Assembly (NCBI GenBank): GCA_026988015.1
Contig: JALSMA010000001.1
Coordinates: forward strand, 11,156 to 75,155
DNA length: 64,000 nt
Origin: Desulfobulbaceae bacterium
Lineage (GTDB): Bacteria; Desulfobacterota; Desulfobulbia; Desulfobulbales; Desulfocapsaceae
Direction: 5' to 3'
Shown here: positions 1 to 10,784 of the stretch, in pieces
Layout of the letters: each line of letters opens with the position of its first letter
Numbering within the stretch: the stretch's first letter is position 1
Program-made: the position numbers and the translations under genes
The notes under the pieces: generated by a model
What the model saw: the letters and a program-made list of their open reading frames with translations, nothing else
Databases searched by the model: none
What the model was told of the DNA's origin: nothing

Positions 1-16
1 CTCATTTCCACTCACC

Positions 17-2614
17 ATGACCCAGGGCCAGGCGGACACAAGCCTTGAAATCAGCTTTGCGCCCAATCGAAAACAGGGGGATCGTTTACGTATTGATATC
101 AAGATGAACGCCTCTGATCTGACATTCGGCGGAAAAAAAGAATCGCTCGAAATCACAATCCCCGCGCTTACCCTCGACGCAGTTGTCATGCCGATGGCAA
201 AGAAGTTTCATGTAAATGATATCATCACCAAGAAAATTCGGGTCAGCGCCACTGAAGAATTCACAGCTTCGGTACTGCACGCACTTTTCTTCCCGCGTAC
301 AGACAGAACAAATAACAAATCACCCACCATAAGCATTGACCGTTTTCTCACCGACCAGGCGACTGTTATATTCCGTTCAACCGATAGCGCCCGGAAAAGT
401 ATCCGTTCCCAATGGAATGAGCTGCAAGTCTCAATCAAGAATTTTGATCCTCAGAAAACTTCCGGAACCATCCATATCAGCGGAGAACACGCCGGTGATA
501 TGGGATCCTTTTCCTGGCAGGGTGACGTTACTCAGACTGGATCCATCCAGGGGAAACTCCTCTTAAATGACTTTTCCGCTACCACATTTATTCAGCAGAT
601 TGCACCTGAAAGCCGAGACACCGTTGCTGGTGTTGCCAGTTTCTCCGGCGACCTCTCATTTCATTCAACAAAGGAAGAACAGCTTTCCTATACATTTGCC
701 GGAGGTATACTCCAGTTTCAAAATCTCAAAATCAGCCATAAAAAATCCCCCTGGTTTAAGGCAGAATCTGTACGCCTCACCAGAATCAACAACTCAGATA
801 ATACACTCAATCTCGGGGATATTTTCCTTAAGGGAGCAAGTCTCAACCTGACCAGCGAAAAACTTCCTCCCCTTTTCACCAGGCTTCTCACAGAACCGGA
901 ACATCCCCTGATCATGGGCATAGATTTTTCAGGAGATATTCAACTAAAAAGAACTGCCAAACAGGACCAACCTCTCAAAATCCGTTCTGTTACCTTCCAG
1001 GCAACCAGATTAAACAACCGGGCAACCACCGAAAACTTTGCCTTTTCAGGTAAGATCCCGCCAAAAGGAATTATTAAAGCCAGGGGAATTTTGAACCTCA
1101 CCCCCTCTCGGATTCAAGCCAAGCTTGCCTTTTCCGATCTGGAGTCTGAAAATTTCACCGCGTTTTCCAGAGGCTGGCCACTTCTCGCAACCAGCAAAAT
1201 GAGCCTGCATGGAAAAGGAGTGTACAGGTTTCCAGACTCATCTTTTCAAGGGAACCTCAGGCTCTCTGATACCTTATTACAAAACAGTGGTAAAACAACA
1301 CTTGTCAGTTGGGATACGGCAGAATTCAACAATGTAACCTGCCACTTTACGCCCTTTTCCCTGCAGGCCGAATCACTACTCCTCAATACTCCGCAATTTC
1401 AATGGACACGCAGTGATCTTTCTCCTTTTCAACACATTCAAAAGGGCCTCCGTACCCTGTCTACAAATGCCTCTTCCGACAAGGAAAACCCTCTGGCTGT
1501 TGATATCAAGAAAATCAACTTCCGTGACGCCACTGTTCATTTCACAGACAAAAGGCTCTTTCCTGCCTGGAGCGGAACCTTTAAGGGCCTTGAGGGATGG
1601 ATAAATGACGTTAACACCACTGGAAACAACCTTTCTTCCTTTGCCATCAGGGGATTCCTTGACGAATCTCCTCTTACTTTTTCAGGATCAACTGCCCTCT
1701 TCAATCCGAAAGTTGAGGGACACGCAAAAATGACCCTTTCCGATTTTCCTTTGAAAAATTTCGCCCGACAGTTTGAAACGGCACCCATTGACCCCGTTAC
1801 CGCAGAGCTGGACCTGAATTTGACCATGACAGAGACCGTCTCGCAGTTTCACAGTGAAAGCGAGCTGCTTCTCAAGAAACTGTACGCCCGTTCTACCAAC
1901 TCGACTACAGCCCTGGCACTGGCTGTCATGAAAGACAAGAGTGACAGCTTTTCTATGAAGGTTGTTATTGATCTTGGCAGCAAGTCTCTTTTACAGCAGG
2001 GACTCGCCAGCTTCCAGACCACTGTTATAAAGGCGTCCTATGCGCCACTTCTCCTTGATCGCAGGTTTAAGGATCTCCAGGACAAAGGATTTATCTCCTT
2101 TTTGCCCGGATCTAACAAACTGGAAGCAGCCGCCAGAAGCATACTTAGCAGGTACGGGGACCTCCTCAAAGAGCACCCTGGGCTGGGCCTTCTGATAACC
2201 GGGATGGCGGATGGCAGGAAGGATCGTGATATTCTCAAAAAAGAAAAAGAGAATATCGAGCAACAGCGTGTGGATGGCATTAACAAGGTAAAACTTGCTG
2301 AACATCGTCAAAAACAGCTCAAACTTGCTGCCATCCAACCTAGCAATACCATTAAAGAGGAAAATATAAGTAAAGAGGAACTCTCCGATTTCACCCCTGT
2401 ACCACCAAATCCTGTCCACATCAGTGACAGGGATCTCCTCGAACTCGCGCAAGAACGAAGCTTGATTGTCCATGATTTCTTAATCCACAGTCTGAACATT
2501 GCACCTGAGCGACTGAGTACAAAAAACAAGGTACTGGTGAGAGAAAACCCATCTGCAACCGGTAGTAGTATTGAAATTAAAGCAGTTATGGTAAAAACCA
2601 ATCGGCCCAATTAA
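17..2614 (+). CDS. large envelope-associated protein, DUF748/AsmA-like (possibly 5'-truncated by the window edge)
   Basis: 865-aa ORF. The frame stays open back to base 2, so the true start may lie upstream. It has repeated segments of the type 'IKKINFRDATVHFTDKRLFPAWSGTFKGLEGWI' and a charged coiled-coil C-terminal part. The family call is from memory of DUF748 patterns only. Confidence 0.4.
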   Translation: MTQGQADTSLEISFAPNRKQGDRLRIDIKMNASDLTFGGKKESLEITIPALTLDAVVMPMAKKFHVNDIITKKIRVSATEEFTASVLHALFFPRTDRTNNKSPTISIDRFLTDQATVIFRSTDSARKSIRSQWNELQVSIKNFDPQKTSGTIHISGEHAGDMGSFSWQGDVTQTGSIQGKLLLNDFSATTFIQQIAPESRDTVAGVASFSGDLSFHSTKEEQLSYTFAGGILQFQNLKISHKKSPWFKAESVRLTRINNSDNTLNLGDIFLKGASLNLTSEKLPPLFTRLLTEPEHPLIMGIDFSGDIQLKRTAKQDQPLKIRSVTFQATRLNNRATTENFAFSGKIPPKGIIKARGILNLTPSRIQAKLAFSDLESENFTAFSRGWPLLATSKMSLHGKGVYRFPDSSFQGNLRLSDTLLQNSGKTTLVSWDTAEFNNVTCHFTPFSLQAESLLLNTPQFQWTRSDLSPFQHIQKGLRTLSTNASSDKENPLAVDIKKINFRDATVHFTDKRLFPAWSGTFKGLEGWINDVNTTGNNLSSFAIRGFLDESPLTFSGSTALFNPKVEGHAKMTLSDFPLKNFARQFETAPIDPVTAELDLNLTMTETVSQFHSESELLLKKLYARSTNSTTALALAVMKDKSDSFSMKVVIDLGSKSLLQQGLASFQTTVIKASYAPLLLDRRFKDLQDKGFISFLPGSNKLEAAARSILSRYGDLLKEHPGLGLLITGMADGRKDRDILKKEKENIEQQRVDGINKVKLAEHRQKQLKLAAIQPSNTIKEENISKEELSDFTPVPPNPVHISDRDLLELAQERSLIVHDFLIHSLNIAPERLSTKNKVLVRENPSATGSSIEIKAVMVKTNRPN

Positions 2615-2677
2615 TTATTCAATCAGAACAAATATACCCGGCAACAGTTTCCCTGCCCTGCCACCATACTGACACCC

Positions 2678-3529
2678 ATGCTGAAACCTCCATATACACA
2701 TTATGATCAACTGTACGTATATAACTTTGACTCTATTGACCTGGGTATTATTGATGATCCCGATCTGATTGGTACCTGGATTGAAGACGACACTGCTATC
2801 CTCTTTTTTCATAAGGAAAAAAAGGAACTGGTTACAACAATCTGCAATCGCAGCAATGCGAAGATAATCTACGAAGCCAACTTGAACTACCAAGATTGGG
2901 AGGCGGGGCTGGATATCACCACCTTTGAAGTACCCCCCCTCATTGTTGCCCCAATCTGGGAAGCAGAGAAACTCAACCACAGTAACAACTCCATCCCCAT
3001 TAAACTTGACCCAAGTGTTATTTTCGGCTCCGGGTTCCATCCTTCCACAAGACTTTGTCTTGAAACAATAACTGACCTCATAGGATCAGTTCCTGATGCA
3101 TCAATTAAAACCATGGTTGATCTCGGCACCGGAACGGGATTACTGTCTCTGGGAGCTGCGAAACTCGGTGTTACAGAGATCCGATCTTATGACAATAACC
3201 CCTTTGCCTGCTCTGTGGCGCTGAAAAACGTGGCCCTCAACAACTGTGAACAGCAGATAAATGTCATGGAAGCAGATCTACGTAACAGACTCCCGGACGC
3301 AAAGGTTGATCTGGTGGTAGCTAACCTTTACAAAGGGCTGCTCCTCGACTTTTTCACCAACTCGAGCTTCTGGAAGGCACGCTACTACATTATTTCGGGA
3401 TTTATCCCGTCCATGGAAGAAGAACTTCTCAAAGCCCTCCCCATGACTCAATTGAAACTTGTAGAGAGAAGAAAAAATGGTCCCTGGCGACTCTGGCTGC
3501 TTGCAAATTCCCCGCTGGAATCACCCTGA
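2678..3529 (+). CDS. prmA: ribosomal protein L11 methyltransferase
   Basis: 'FGSGFHPSTRLCLE' followed by the SAM-binding motif 'VDLGTGTGLLSLGAAKLG' and 'YDNNPFA', the typical PrmA layout. Length 283 aa. Confidence 0.7.
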   Translation: MLKPPYTHYDQLYVYNFDSIDLGIIDDPDLIGTWIEDDTAILFFHKEKKELVTTICNRSNAKIIYEANLNYQDWEAGLDITTFEVPPLIVAPIWEAEKLNHSNNSIPIKLDPSVIFGSGFHPSTRLCLETITDLIGSVPDASIKTMVDLGTGTGLLSLGAAKLGVTEIRSYDNNPFACSVALKNVALNNCEQQINVMEADLRNRLPDAKVDLVVANLYKGLLLDFFTNSSFWKARYYIISGFIPSMEEELLKALPMTQLKLVERRKNGPWRLWLLANSPLESP

Positions 3530-3542
3530 ACAGCAAAAAACC

Positions 3543-3950
3543 ATGCAATCCTTTCTTGACTCCTACGGCTACATAGTTACCTGGCTTGGCATTATCTCAG
3601 GATTCACCTTTTTCCTGAGCCTGCTTCTTATACCTCTTTTCATTAATTGGCTGGACAGTGACTTTTTTCTCCATATCCATGAACGCCCTAAAAGAGAGAA
3701 TGAACATCCACTGATGTTTCTGCTGCTGCGCATTCTACGCTACAGTATCGGTGTGTTTCTGATAACCGCTGGGGTCCTGATGCTATTCCTGCCCGGCCAG
3801 GGCCTGCTCACCATAATCCTTGGCATTGTTCTTCTGGATTTCCCGGCTAAACGTGCCTTAACCGACAAGATTATCAGCTACCAGAAGATTCAGAAAGGTC
3901 TCAACTGGATCCGGGAAAAGGGTGCAAAATCACCTTTCAATTTCCCGTGA
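3543..3950 (+). CDS. small integral membrane protein (PGPGW-like)
   Basis: The ORF is trimmed to the ATG at 3543, just after the prmA stop. It has several hydrophobic helices and 'FLPGQGLLTIILGIVLLDFPAKR'. The family call is weak. Confidence 0.4.
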   Translation: MQSFLDSYGYIVTWLGIISGFTFFLSLLLIPLFINWLDSDFFLHIHERPKRENEHPLMFLLLRILRYSIGVFLITAGVLMLFLPGQGLLTIILGIVLLDFPAKRALTDKIISYQKIQKGLNWIREKGAKSPFNFP

Positions 3951-4002
3951 CAAAACAATCAAGAGGCTGTCCGACTGTTCCAGGACAAGCTCCCAGGCAC
4001 AC

Positions 4003-5112
4003 ATGACACAACAAGTCCCTCTGCAAAAGGCCTTGATTAGCTGGTTCCGCGCGAACCAACGCGATCTTCCCTGGCGGCACAGCTATGCCCCCTATGAGGT
4101 ATGGATTTCAGAAATCATGCTGCAACAGACCCAGATGGACCGGGTGGTTCTTTATTTCAAACGCTGGATGGATATTTTCCCAGACATTCAATCACTTGTC
4201 AGCACCCATGAAGATCAGGTACTCAAGTGCTGGGAAGGGCTGGGCTACTATTCAAGAGCCAGAAATATTTTAAAAAGCGCAAGGGTACTTCTTGAACAAT
4301 ATGGCGCTGAAATCCCGTCGAGCCGCAAAGAACTCCTGCAACTTCCAGGTATCGGCCCTTATACAGCGGGAGCAATTGCCTCCATCGGATATAATCGTGA
4401 CGTAGCTGTAGTTGATGCCAATGTGGTGCGAATTTTCGCAAGGATTTTCAACATTGATCTCATCCCAGACAGTCCTGAAGCAAAAGCACTCAACTGGGAA
4501 ACTGCGAAAAAACTTCTGCCGGAAGGCCAGGCCAGAGAGTTTAACCAGGGCCTGATGGAACTTGGTGCACTTATCTGCCGACCTAGGAATCCACACTGCT
4601 CCTCCTGTCCCCTTGCCCCATATTGCCTCGCGCTCAAATATGATCTTATAACCGAGCGTCCCGTTCCTAAGAAAAGTAGCAAAATCATTCCCATTGAGAT
4701 GGCCACAGGTGTTTTGATCAATAATGGAAAACTTTTCATTCAGCAACGCCTGCCCGATGATGTGTGGGGATCTCTGTGGGAATTTCCCGGTGGCCGGATT
4801 GAGATGGGGGAGGATCCGGAGGAGGCAGTGCTCCGGGAATTTTTCGAGGAAACGGAATTTAGAGTGGATGTGGCATCAAAAATCACCACAACCACCCACC
4901 ATTACACCCGTTACAAGGTGACCCTGCACTGTTTTCTGGTGACGCTGGCGCAGAAAAATCCAGACCCGGTTCTACATGCAGCCAGGAATTTCCACTGGAT
5001 ACCATTCTCAGCCCTCGACAATTTTGCTTTCCCGGCAGGACACCGGAAGCTTATCAACCATATGCAGAATTCAGGTTTCGTCCTTGAGCAGCCTTCCGGA
5101 AAACCAGATTAA
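4003..5112 (+). CDS. mutY: A/G-specific adenine DNA glycosylase with C-terminal NUDIX-like domain
   Basis: 'LPWRHSYAPYEVWISEIMLQQTQMDRV', an HhH 'LPGIGPYTAGAIASI', the FeS loop 'CRPRNPHCSSCPLAPYC' and a NUDIX-like 'WEFPGGRIE'. The start is set at the ATG at 4003. Confidence 0.9.
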   Translation: MTQQVPLQKALISWFRANQRDLPWRHSYAPYEVWISEIMLQQTQMDRVVLYFKRWMDIFPDIQSLVSTHEDQVLKCWEGLGYYSRARNILKSARVLLEQYGAEIPSSRKELLQLPGIGPYTAGAIASIGYNRDVAVVDANVVRIFARIFNIDLIPDSPEAKALNWETAKKLLPEGQAREFNQGLMELGALICRPRNPHCSSCPLAPYCLALKYDLITERPVPKKSSKIIPIEMATGVLINNGKLFIQQRLPDDVWGSLWEFPGGRIEMGEDPEEAVLREFFEETEFRVDVASKITTTTHHYTRYKVTLHCFLVTLAQKNPDPVLHAARNFHWIPFSALDNFAFPAGHRKLINHMQNSGFVLEQPSGKPD

Positions 5113-6630
5113 CACAAGAACCGGAAATCCCATGAGCGTGGTCATTAAGAAGAAGGATTCATATCCGTAGGCCGAAACAGCAGTACCGGAATAGCCACCG
5201 ATAAGTTTTGGGAACAACGTCATAAGAGAGGAGAAAAGAGCGTACTGAACGGCGGTAAAGGAAATATTGGTAAGGCTTGACAGAAAGGCCACAAAGGCTG
5301 TTGAGGCCAGTCCGGCACAGAGATTATCAGCACCTATCACCACGGTGAGCATGGTAATATCATTACCACTTCTTGCAAGGAGCATAAAGAGCAGGTTCGT
5401 GGCCGCAGCGAGAACACCACCCGCAAAAAGAATCCTGTACACGCCATACCGAACGGTGAGCAGTCCCCCTAAAAAACCTCCTGCAAGGGTCATCAGCACC
5501 CCAAAGGTTTTGGTCACCGTGGCTATTACATTCTTACTAAAACCCATATCCAGGTAAAAAACATTGGACACCACACCAAGTACAATATCCGAAATTCGAT
5601 AAAAACCCACCAGAAGCAATAACAGAATGGCTGTTTTTCCGCCATAGCGCACAAAGAAATCCTGCACCGGAGCCACGTAACTCTCCCGTACCATATCTTC
5701 ATCCGCAAGTCCTGCTTTCACCGACATCAGTGCCCCTCCAGCTGCTACGACCAAGGCCAGAAACAGCCGACAAGCCTCAACTACAAAGCTTATAAGCCTC
5801 CCATGAATACTTTCCGGACCTGCAAATTGCGTCTTCAGGTCAGTGGCGATAGATGAAGTGAGAAAGAAACAGCCGGCAAAGAGTGCCGCAGCGAGCAGGA
5901 AGAGGCAGAAAAAGCGGATGTACTGGGCTACCGAATAGCTGTAAAGACTCTTTTTTGCCTCTTCCGGTTCCGAAATAATACAGGTGGTCACCACTCCGAC
6001 CAACATAACAGCAGCCATAACAAGGTAAGTGTTTCGCCAGGCAACCACGCTATACACCTCTCTGGTCGTGCCAAACCATGAAGCCATATAGAGTGAACCC
6101 GCTCCAGCCACCAGCATTCCTATGCGGTACCCGGCAACATAGGTTGAGGCCAGCATCGCTTGCAGCGACTCATCGACACTCTCTATACGGTACGCATCTA
6201 TGACAATATCCTGGGTGGCCGATGAGAACCCGAGAAAAACAGCAGCCAGAGCCATGATGACCAGACTGGAATCACCTCTGGTGGGATCAGTAAACCCCAT
6301 CCACACAATGGCAGTTATCACCGAAAACTGGGATAGCAGCATCCAGGAGCGCCGCCTGCCAAATATCCTGGTGAGCAGGGGAAGAGGCAACTTATCCACC
6401 AGCGGGGCCCAGATAAACTTAAATGAATACCCGAGTGCTGCCCAGCTGAAAAATGTCACAGCAGAACGGCTCACCCCAGCTTCACGCAGCCATACAGACA
6501 AGGTGGAAAATATAAGAAGTATGGGGACACCTGCAGAAAAGCCCAGAAAAAGCATAGTGAGTACCCTGGGATGTCCCCAGATTCTCAACATATCAATTTT
6601 AGAGCTCGAGTCCCCTTTTTTTTCGGCCAT
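5071..6630 (-). CDS. ampG: AmpG-family MFS muropeptide permease
   Basis: 'LGFSAGVPILL...WLREAGVS...KFIWAPLVDK...GRRRSWMLLSQ' and many TM helices. Its 3' end overlaps the mutY 3' end convergently (5071-5112). Confidence 0.8.
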   Translation of the reverse strand: MAEKKGDSSSKIDMLRIWGHPRVLTMLFLGFSAGVPILLIFSTLSVWLREAGVSRSAVTFFSWAALGYSFKFIWAPLVDKLPLPLLTRIFGRRRSWMLLSQFSVITAIVWMGFTDPTRGDSSLVIMALAAVFLGFSSATQDIVIDAYRIESVDESLQAMLASTYVAGYRIGMLVAGAGSLYMASWFGTTREVYSVVAWRNTYLVMAAVMLVGVVTTCIISEPEEAKKSLYSYSVAQYIRFFCLFLLAAALFAGCFFLTSSIATDLKTQFAGPESIHGRLISFVVEACRLFLALVVAAGGALMSVKAGLADEDMVRESYVAPVQDFFVRYGGKTAILLLLLVGFYRISDIVLGVVSNVFYLDMGFSKNVIATVTKTFGVLMTLAGGFLGGLLTVRYGVYRILFAGGVLAAATNLLFMLLARSGNDITMLTVVIGADNLCAGLASTAFVAFLSSLTNISFTAVQYALFSSLMTLFPKLIGGYSGTAVSAYGYESFFLMTTLMGFPVLVLIWFSGRLLKDET

Positions 6631-6739
6631 TCTTCCCTTTTCCCCGTATTAGAATTATGGTATCAATGAGTCTATACCCATTTAATAATACAAAAGCAAA
6701 CAGCTTTCCGGCTAGCCAGGATTCTGAAAAAATATCATC

Positions 6740-8209
6740 ATGCCAGTAAAGATATACAATACACTTACACGAAAAAAAGAAATACTCAAGCCCATTGAAC
6801 CGGGTCATATAAAGCTGTATGTCTGCGGAATTACGTCCTATGACTACTGCCACATCGGTCATGCCAGATCATCTCTTGCCTTTGACATGATTGTCCGTTA
6901 CCTGAGATACACAGGTAACAGAGTAACCTATATCCGCAATTTCACCGACATCGACGACAAGATCATCGCACGAGCTGCAGAGCAGAATACCAGCACTGAG
7001 GAACTGGCCAATCGTTTTATTGACGAATTTTATGTGGATATGGACAAACTTGGCGTTGACCGTCCCACCATGGAGCCCAAAGCCACTGAACATATCCAGG
7101 AAATGATAGATCTTATTGCTGAGCTGATTGAAAAGGACATGGCCTACCCAGCATCCGGAGATGTGTATTATTCCGTCAAGTCTTTTGAGGGATATGGTAA
7201 GCTTTCCGGCCGAAATCTCGACGATATGCAGGCAGGAGCCCGTATATCTGTCAACGAAAACAAGGTAAACCCCATGGACTTTGTTCTCTGGAAGGCATCC
7301 AAGCCCGGTGAACCGAGCTGGGACAGTCCCTGGGGGCCTGGAAGGCCCGGCTGGCATATAGAATGTTCCGCAATGAGCCGTAAATATCTTGGTTCCACCT
7401 TTGATATCCATGGTGGTGGTCAGGACCTCATCTTCCCGCACCATGAGAATGAACTGGCTCAGAGTGAAGGTGCCAATAACAAGCCCTTTGTAAATATGTG
7501 GATTCATCACGGTTTTGTTACCATCCGAGATGAAAAAATGTCAAAATCCCTGGGTAACTTCCTCACCATCAGAGACATACTCGAGCACTACCATCCGGAA
7601 GTGTTGAGATTTTTCATTTTTTCCACCCACTATCGCAACCCCCTCGATTTCTCAGAAGCTGCCATGCAGGATGCCATGGCCGGGCTCGACCGTCTCTACA
7701 ACTGTATGGCTGCTGTGGATGCTCTTGAGGAGGCCTGCTCTGACAGCATCCAAACACTTGCAAGTAACAAGGATAGAGAAAAAATCGAAGGACTGGAAGA
7801 ACGATTCAGAAAAGCCATGGATAATGACTTCAACACAGCGCAGGCTCAGGGCAGCCTCTTTGAAGCAGTGAAGGTCATCAATAAAATCCTGAGACAGCTA
7901 CCGGCCTCCCCCGCACCAACTGATCTTGATCTGTTAAAATGTGGCGCCGCCACTGTTAAAAGGCTAGCTGCCATCATGGGGATACTTGAAGAAAATGCCG
8001 CAGATTACCTGGCGAGTAAAAAGGCTGCCATGCTTGCAAAAACTGGTATCAGTGAAGCTGACATTCTTGAGCTTATCCAGGACCGGAATCAGGCGAGACA
8101 GGATAAGGATTGGTCTCTCAGTGACCAGATCCGCGACAAGCTTCTTGAAAAAGGGATAGAACTTAAAGACGGCCCGGAAGGTACGGGCTGGAGTGTTAAA
8201 CGAAACTGA
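6740..8209 (+). CDS. cysS: cysteine--tRNA ligase
   Basis: Class I signatures 'HIGHARS' and 'KMSKSLGN', and the zinc-site 'WHIECSAM'. Confidence 0.95.
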   Translation: MPVKIYNTLTRKKEILKPIEPGHIKLYVCGITSYDYCHIGHARSSLAFDMIVRYLRYTGNRVTYIRNFTDIDDKIIARAAEQNTSTEELANRFIDEFYVDMDKLGVDRPTMEPKATEHIQEMIDLIAELIEKDMAYPASGDVYYSVKSFEGYGKLSGRNLDDMQAGARISVNENKVNPMDFVLWKASKPGEPSWDSPWGPGRPGWHIECSAMSRKYLGSTFDIHGGGQDLIFPHHENELAQSEGANNKPFVNMWIHHGFVTIRDEKMSKSLGNFLTIRDILEHYHPEVLRFFIFSTHYRNPLDFSEAAMQDAMAGLDRLYNCMAAVDALEEACSDSIQTLASNKDREKIEGLEERFRKAMDNDFNTAQAQGSLFEAVKVINKILRQLPASPAPTDLDLLKCGAATVKRLAAIMGILEENAADYLASKKAAMLAKTGISEADILELIQDRNQARQDKDWSLSDQIRDKLLEKGIELKDGPEGTGWSVKRN

Positions 8210-8210
8210 T

Positions 8211-9032
8211 ATGAACAACAGTATCCGCATGCCGTCCGTGGCCGGACGCTTTTATCCAGGAGACGCCAACGAGTTACGTCAAGCTCTTCTGGAATTATCT
8301 GCGAACAATACCGGCACAGAGAAGAGAAAAAACGTTCTGGCGGCTGTCTCTCCCCATGCCGGGTATCTTTACTCCGGGGATGTGGCAACTGAAACAATCG
8401 GAATGATAACGGTCCCCGAAACTGTAGTTCTTCTCGGGCCAAATCATACCGGTAAGGGTGCCCCGGTTGCCCTCTCAACAGCTACCTGGGATATGCCCAT
8501 GGGGCAAGTTCCCGTGAACCACGATTTTGCAGATGCTCTGTTAAAACACTCTGACATCATCGAGCAGGATGAACTCGCTCACAAATTTGAACATTCCCTT
8601 GAAGTGCAGATTCCATTTCTGCAGGCTGCCCAGAGAAACCTGTCCATCATCCCCATCACTCTTTCCCACGTCTCATACCGTACCCTCGATGAAGTGGGAC
8701 TCGCTCTAGCTGAAACCATCAAGCAGTTTAAGACAGAAAACATCCTTATTGTGGCGTCATCAGACATGACCCATTATGAGCCTCGGGAAACAGCAGAAAA
8801 AAAAGACCACTATGTGTTAAAAAAACTGGCAGATATGAATCCCAATATCCTCTACCGTTCAGTTACCGGTCATAATATTTCCATGTGCGGAATCATGCCG
8901 GTAACAATGGCCTTGATCGCTGCCCTGGAACTGGGTGCCACAAAAACTGAACTGGTGCGCTACACGGATTCAGGCGAAGTTACCGGTGACATAACACAGG
9001 TGGTCGGCTATGCCGGAGTACTTATCTCTTAA
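8211..9032 (+). CDS. AmmeMemoRadiSam system protein B (Memo-like)
   Basis: 'PSVAGRFYPGD', 'SPHAGYLYSG', 'GPNHTG' and 'SSDMTHYE' are typical of the Memo/AmmeMemoRadiSam B family. The ATG at 8211 comes directly after the cysS stop. Confidence 0.7.
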   Translation: MNNSIRMPSVAGRFYPGDANELRQALLELSANNTGTEKRKNVLAAVSPHAGYLYSGDVATETIGMITVPETVVLLGPNHTGKGAPVALSTATWDMPMGQVPVNHDFADALLKHSDIIEQDELAHKFEHSLEVQIPFLQAAQRNLSIIPITLSHVSYRTLDEVGLALAETIKQFKTENILIVASSDMTHYEPRETAEKKDHYVLKKLADMNPNILYRSVTGHNISMCGIMPVTMALIAALELGATKTELVRYTDSGEVTGDITQVVGYAGVLIS

Positions 9033-9099
9033 GAGATTAATTTTCCTTGACAGGAGCGTGAAAAGTTTCTAAATAATCCACCTCAGCACTTTTCCATCC

Positions 9100-9174
<75 letters not shown>

Positions 9175-9421
9175 ACTTGCATCTTCACGTAGTAATTTCA
9201 ACTACTTGAAAAAAGCGCTTTAAGGTGAAATCACAAGTGTCACACAAAGTGAGGCACAATGAACACCTACTCTCCTTCTTATCTTCATAAAAATCACTTC
9301 GGTAAATATCGTATTTCAGATGTGTGACTCCGGTCAGTATCAGAAAATCAGGAAAACGCAGGGGAGAGAAATGTTCTTCATACTGTACAGTCCTCTACTG
9401 GTTGCCTGTCAAAAGAGGCTT

Positions 9422-10501
9422 CTACCAGCTATATCCAAGTTTTACCCTGGTGGTTATGTCGGTTGTTTCTACACCTTCTGGAGGCTCACTGTCAAATTCG
9501 TACTCCAGTTCAGTACTGGCCACAAAACCACCCCAGAGTGGTACCCGAAATCCGGTCCAGCTTGTCCACACTAGCTTATCGCTCACATCGTAGCCCCAGA
9601 ATCCATTCTGGCGATGATAAAACTGCAGAATATCGGTCAGCAAAAAGGTATCAAAATCGAGCATCCACCCAGGTGCCCAGTAGTCCCTGCCTTCTGAACT
9701 TTGAAACTCTTCAGAAATTCGTAAAAACCCAGCGCCTGTTTTCAGATTTATGGCATGGCCTTCATAGAACTGATAACCGACATGGGGGCCGGCACCCATC
9801 CGCAGGGTAAGCTCTGCAAATTCGTTACTCTCGGCAAGCAGGGTGAAGCCGACAAAGCGTTTAAATGTTCGCACCCCCCATTGCCAAGAGTCGGGTAGAA
9901 AATAATCATAACTGGAGCCAACCTTCCATTTATTTTTTGTTTGTGCGGCGTACTTTTTGTCATTTTCATAACTGAATTTTCCATTCAGGCGATGCTGCTT
10001 TCGCCGCAACTCAATTTCACCATCCGAATCAACCTCATCAACCTCATTGTTTCCCCGTTCATACTTCAGGGTAAGATTGATCCGCCCGGTGAAGAGAAAT
10101 CCCTCACCAAAAATCCACGGTTGCGGGTTTATTGCGGTGAGGAGATCTTGTTCCATCTGGATATTCTGGCCAGTGTCTTCATCCACGACCAAGAGGATTT
10201 TGTCTTCCAAGTTTTCCAATAACGTACTTTTTATTATCTGCTCATTGGCAATCTGCAGAGTCATCGTCTGCTCCGTCTCAACCGTTTTGATCTGCTCCCA
10301 TTTGATGGTGATTATTCCTGCATAAGGTGTCTTAAACTGCAGCGAGTCACTGCTCCGTGCCACCACTTCTCCCGTAAGTCTGTCACCATTCTGCATTACA
10401 AGAACATCTGCCATCGCTGTCGAAACAAATGGCGATAGACTGAAAAGCAGAGCTTGGTAAAAAGCTACTGCCTTTCTTTTCAAGTTTGTGGCGGCTGTCA
10501 T
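9422..10501 (-). CDS. DUF481-family outer-membrane beta-barrel protein (YdiY-like)
   Basis: Signal peptide, an N-terminal 'VLVMQNGDRLTGEVV' motif, an alternating beta-strand pattern and a C-terminal aromatic residue 'LGYSW'. Confidence 0.55.
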   Translation of the reverse strand: MTAATNLKRKAVAFYQALLFSLSPFVSTAMADVLVMQNGDRLTGEVVARSSDSLQFKTPYAGIITIKWEQIKTVETEQTMTLQIANEQIIKSTLLENLEDKILLVVDEDTGQNIQMEQDLLTAINPQPWIFGEGFLFTGRINLTLKYERGNNEVDEVDSDGEIELRRKQHRLNGKFSYENDKKYAAQTKNKWKVGSSYDYFLPDSWQWGVRTFKRFVGFTLLAESNEFAELTLRMGAGPHVGYQFYEGHAINLKTGAGFLRISEEFQSSEGRDYWAPGWMLDFDTFLLTDILQFYHRQNGFWGYDVSDKLVWTSWTGFRVPLWGGFVASTELEYEFDSEPPEGVETTDITTRVKLGYSW

Positions 10502-10784
10502 AGATTCCAGGAAGTTTTCCTAATATTTAACAATTCTGATGAATTCGTAAAAACTAGATAACCTGATGCATAAACAGGCTAATGCGACTCTTCCCCATAC
10601 ATAAGGAGTACATTTTCTATTAATTGCGACAAACCAGTGCACACTGAAATTAGAAACAAACGTAGCAACGATGCAGATAAAACTTTTTTGAAACACGGTC
10701 GATTTTATTCACCCTTGATAAGTTTCTTGTTAGAATTATATAACACTATTAATATAATCAATAAAAGAAAGTATTTTATTATTG

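Noticed and set aside
9259-9327. 22-codon mini-ORF (MNTYSPSYLHKNHFGKYRISDV) just downstream of tRNA-Gln, faintly reminiscent of the 'YL.KR.G.YYFR' N-terminus of some tyrosine integrases. This raised the idea of an integrase remnant at a tRNA attachment site.
   Set aside because: It is far too short and the similarity too loose to support. I found no direct repeat of the tRNA 3' end and no other mobile-element genes nearby.
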